The notes below the pieces were generated by a model that saw only the letters and a list, made by a program, of their open reading frames with translations, was not told the DNA's origin and made no database searches. A stretch of 64,000 bases of DNA from Podarcis gaigeae (Eukaryota). This document shows positions 63,098 to 64,000 of this stretch, piece after piece. The translations under genes and the position numbers were made by a program. The stretch lies in the NCBI GenBank assembly GCA_964106915.2, contig OZ066921.1. One strand, written 5' to 3'. Position 1 is the first letter of the stretch, and each line of letters opens with the position of its first letter.

Positions 63098-64000
63098 CTG
63101 GGCAAAATGAAAAAGCAGCAGTGAATCATCTGAAGGTGGCCCACTCCACAGGAAGGCATGCAACAACAAGGACAGCTAGGATGTTTACACTCATCACACC
63201 ACAAGTAGTGAAATGATTAGGTGAAAGCCATGGACAGACACTGAAGTTTCGGTACTTCAGAAAGAGCAGAAATTTGATTCCTTCCTATGTTTACCAGAGG
63301 CCCTCCGTCAAGTGTCTCTTTCTCAAACACATGTCACCTGGTGCCAAACTGGACCTCCTTTATACACCCAGTGAAGACTTCTTCATGTTACAACAACTGG
63401 TCATTAATTGACTAATAAAATCCAGCAGAATATACACTCAGAAGCACTTCCCCCATGGAGCTTTGCTGCAATAGTGAGAAATCCCATGCCCCATTGCAGG
63501 AAGGTTGAAGGAAAGGCCAAGAACCATATAGAGCGTGGCCACCACATTAAGGGCTTCTTAATAGTGCACTAAGCACATCACCCAGAAATGCAGGTTTATG
63601 GCTAGACGTCTACCTGCACAAAAGTAAATTCCACTGGGTTCAGCAACTTACTTCTAGAGATGTGTATAATGAATTGCAGCTCAATCAGCTAGCATGAAAT
63701 GAAGCTGCATCACAAACTTCCCACAAACTATGCAATAGTACAAAGAACATCATGCTCTGTATTGCAACAGTCGAAATGCCCACTCTAGATTCAATTCTGC
63801 AGCACTAGTAAGTTACCGTACAAAAAAGAGAGAGGCAAGGGTGGAAGAGGAGAGAAATGCCCTTTTGAAAAAGTGTAGGGGTTGGATCGGAAGAAAAATC
63901 ATTCAAAAGAAAAACTATTTCAAACTGGCCATTGCTGTGGAAAGGGATACCATTGCAGCTTTTTGGCCCTTCCAAGTCAAAGGATTACACACATACTGGG

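Overview
Vertebrate genomic DNA, most likely from a lacertid lizard (inferred from the Sauria-type and Squam3-like SINEs and other squamate repeats). It carries the conserved CNGB1-KIFC3-KATNB1 block (human 16q21 order and orientation). Contents: the last 6 coding exons of CNGB1 (+, 135-4017); a CpG-island promoter (~15270-16260) with a perfect RFX X-box; the kinesin-14 gene KIFC3 (+, intact frame 34837-47625); and 17 exons of KATNB1 (-, 63097-50848, 5' end outside the window), convergent with KIFC3. Exon boundaries were read by hand from splice sites, and the phases add up. The main points of interest are: apparent decay of the upstream N-terminal KIFC3 exons (in-frame stops, plus an orphan hydrophobic first exon); two GC-AG introns in KATNB1; a 3x18-aa KSP repeat in the CNGB1 tail; a micro-exon switch for the KIFC3 C-terminus; and a perfect 32-bp palindrome from a Penelope-like insert in a nested repeat cluster. 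No prokaryotic-type system, CRISPR array or RNA gene was found. Homology statements come from recalled orthologue sequences, not database searches.
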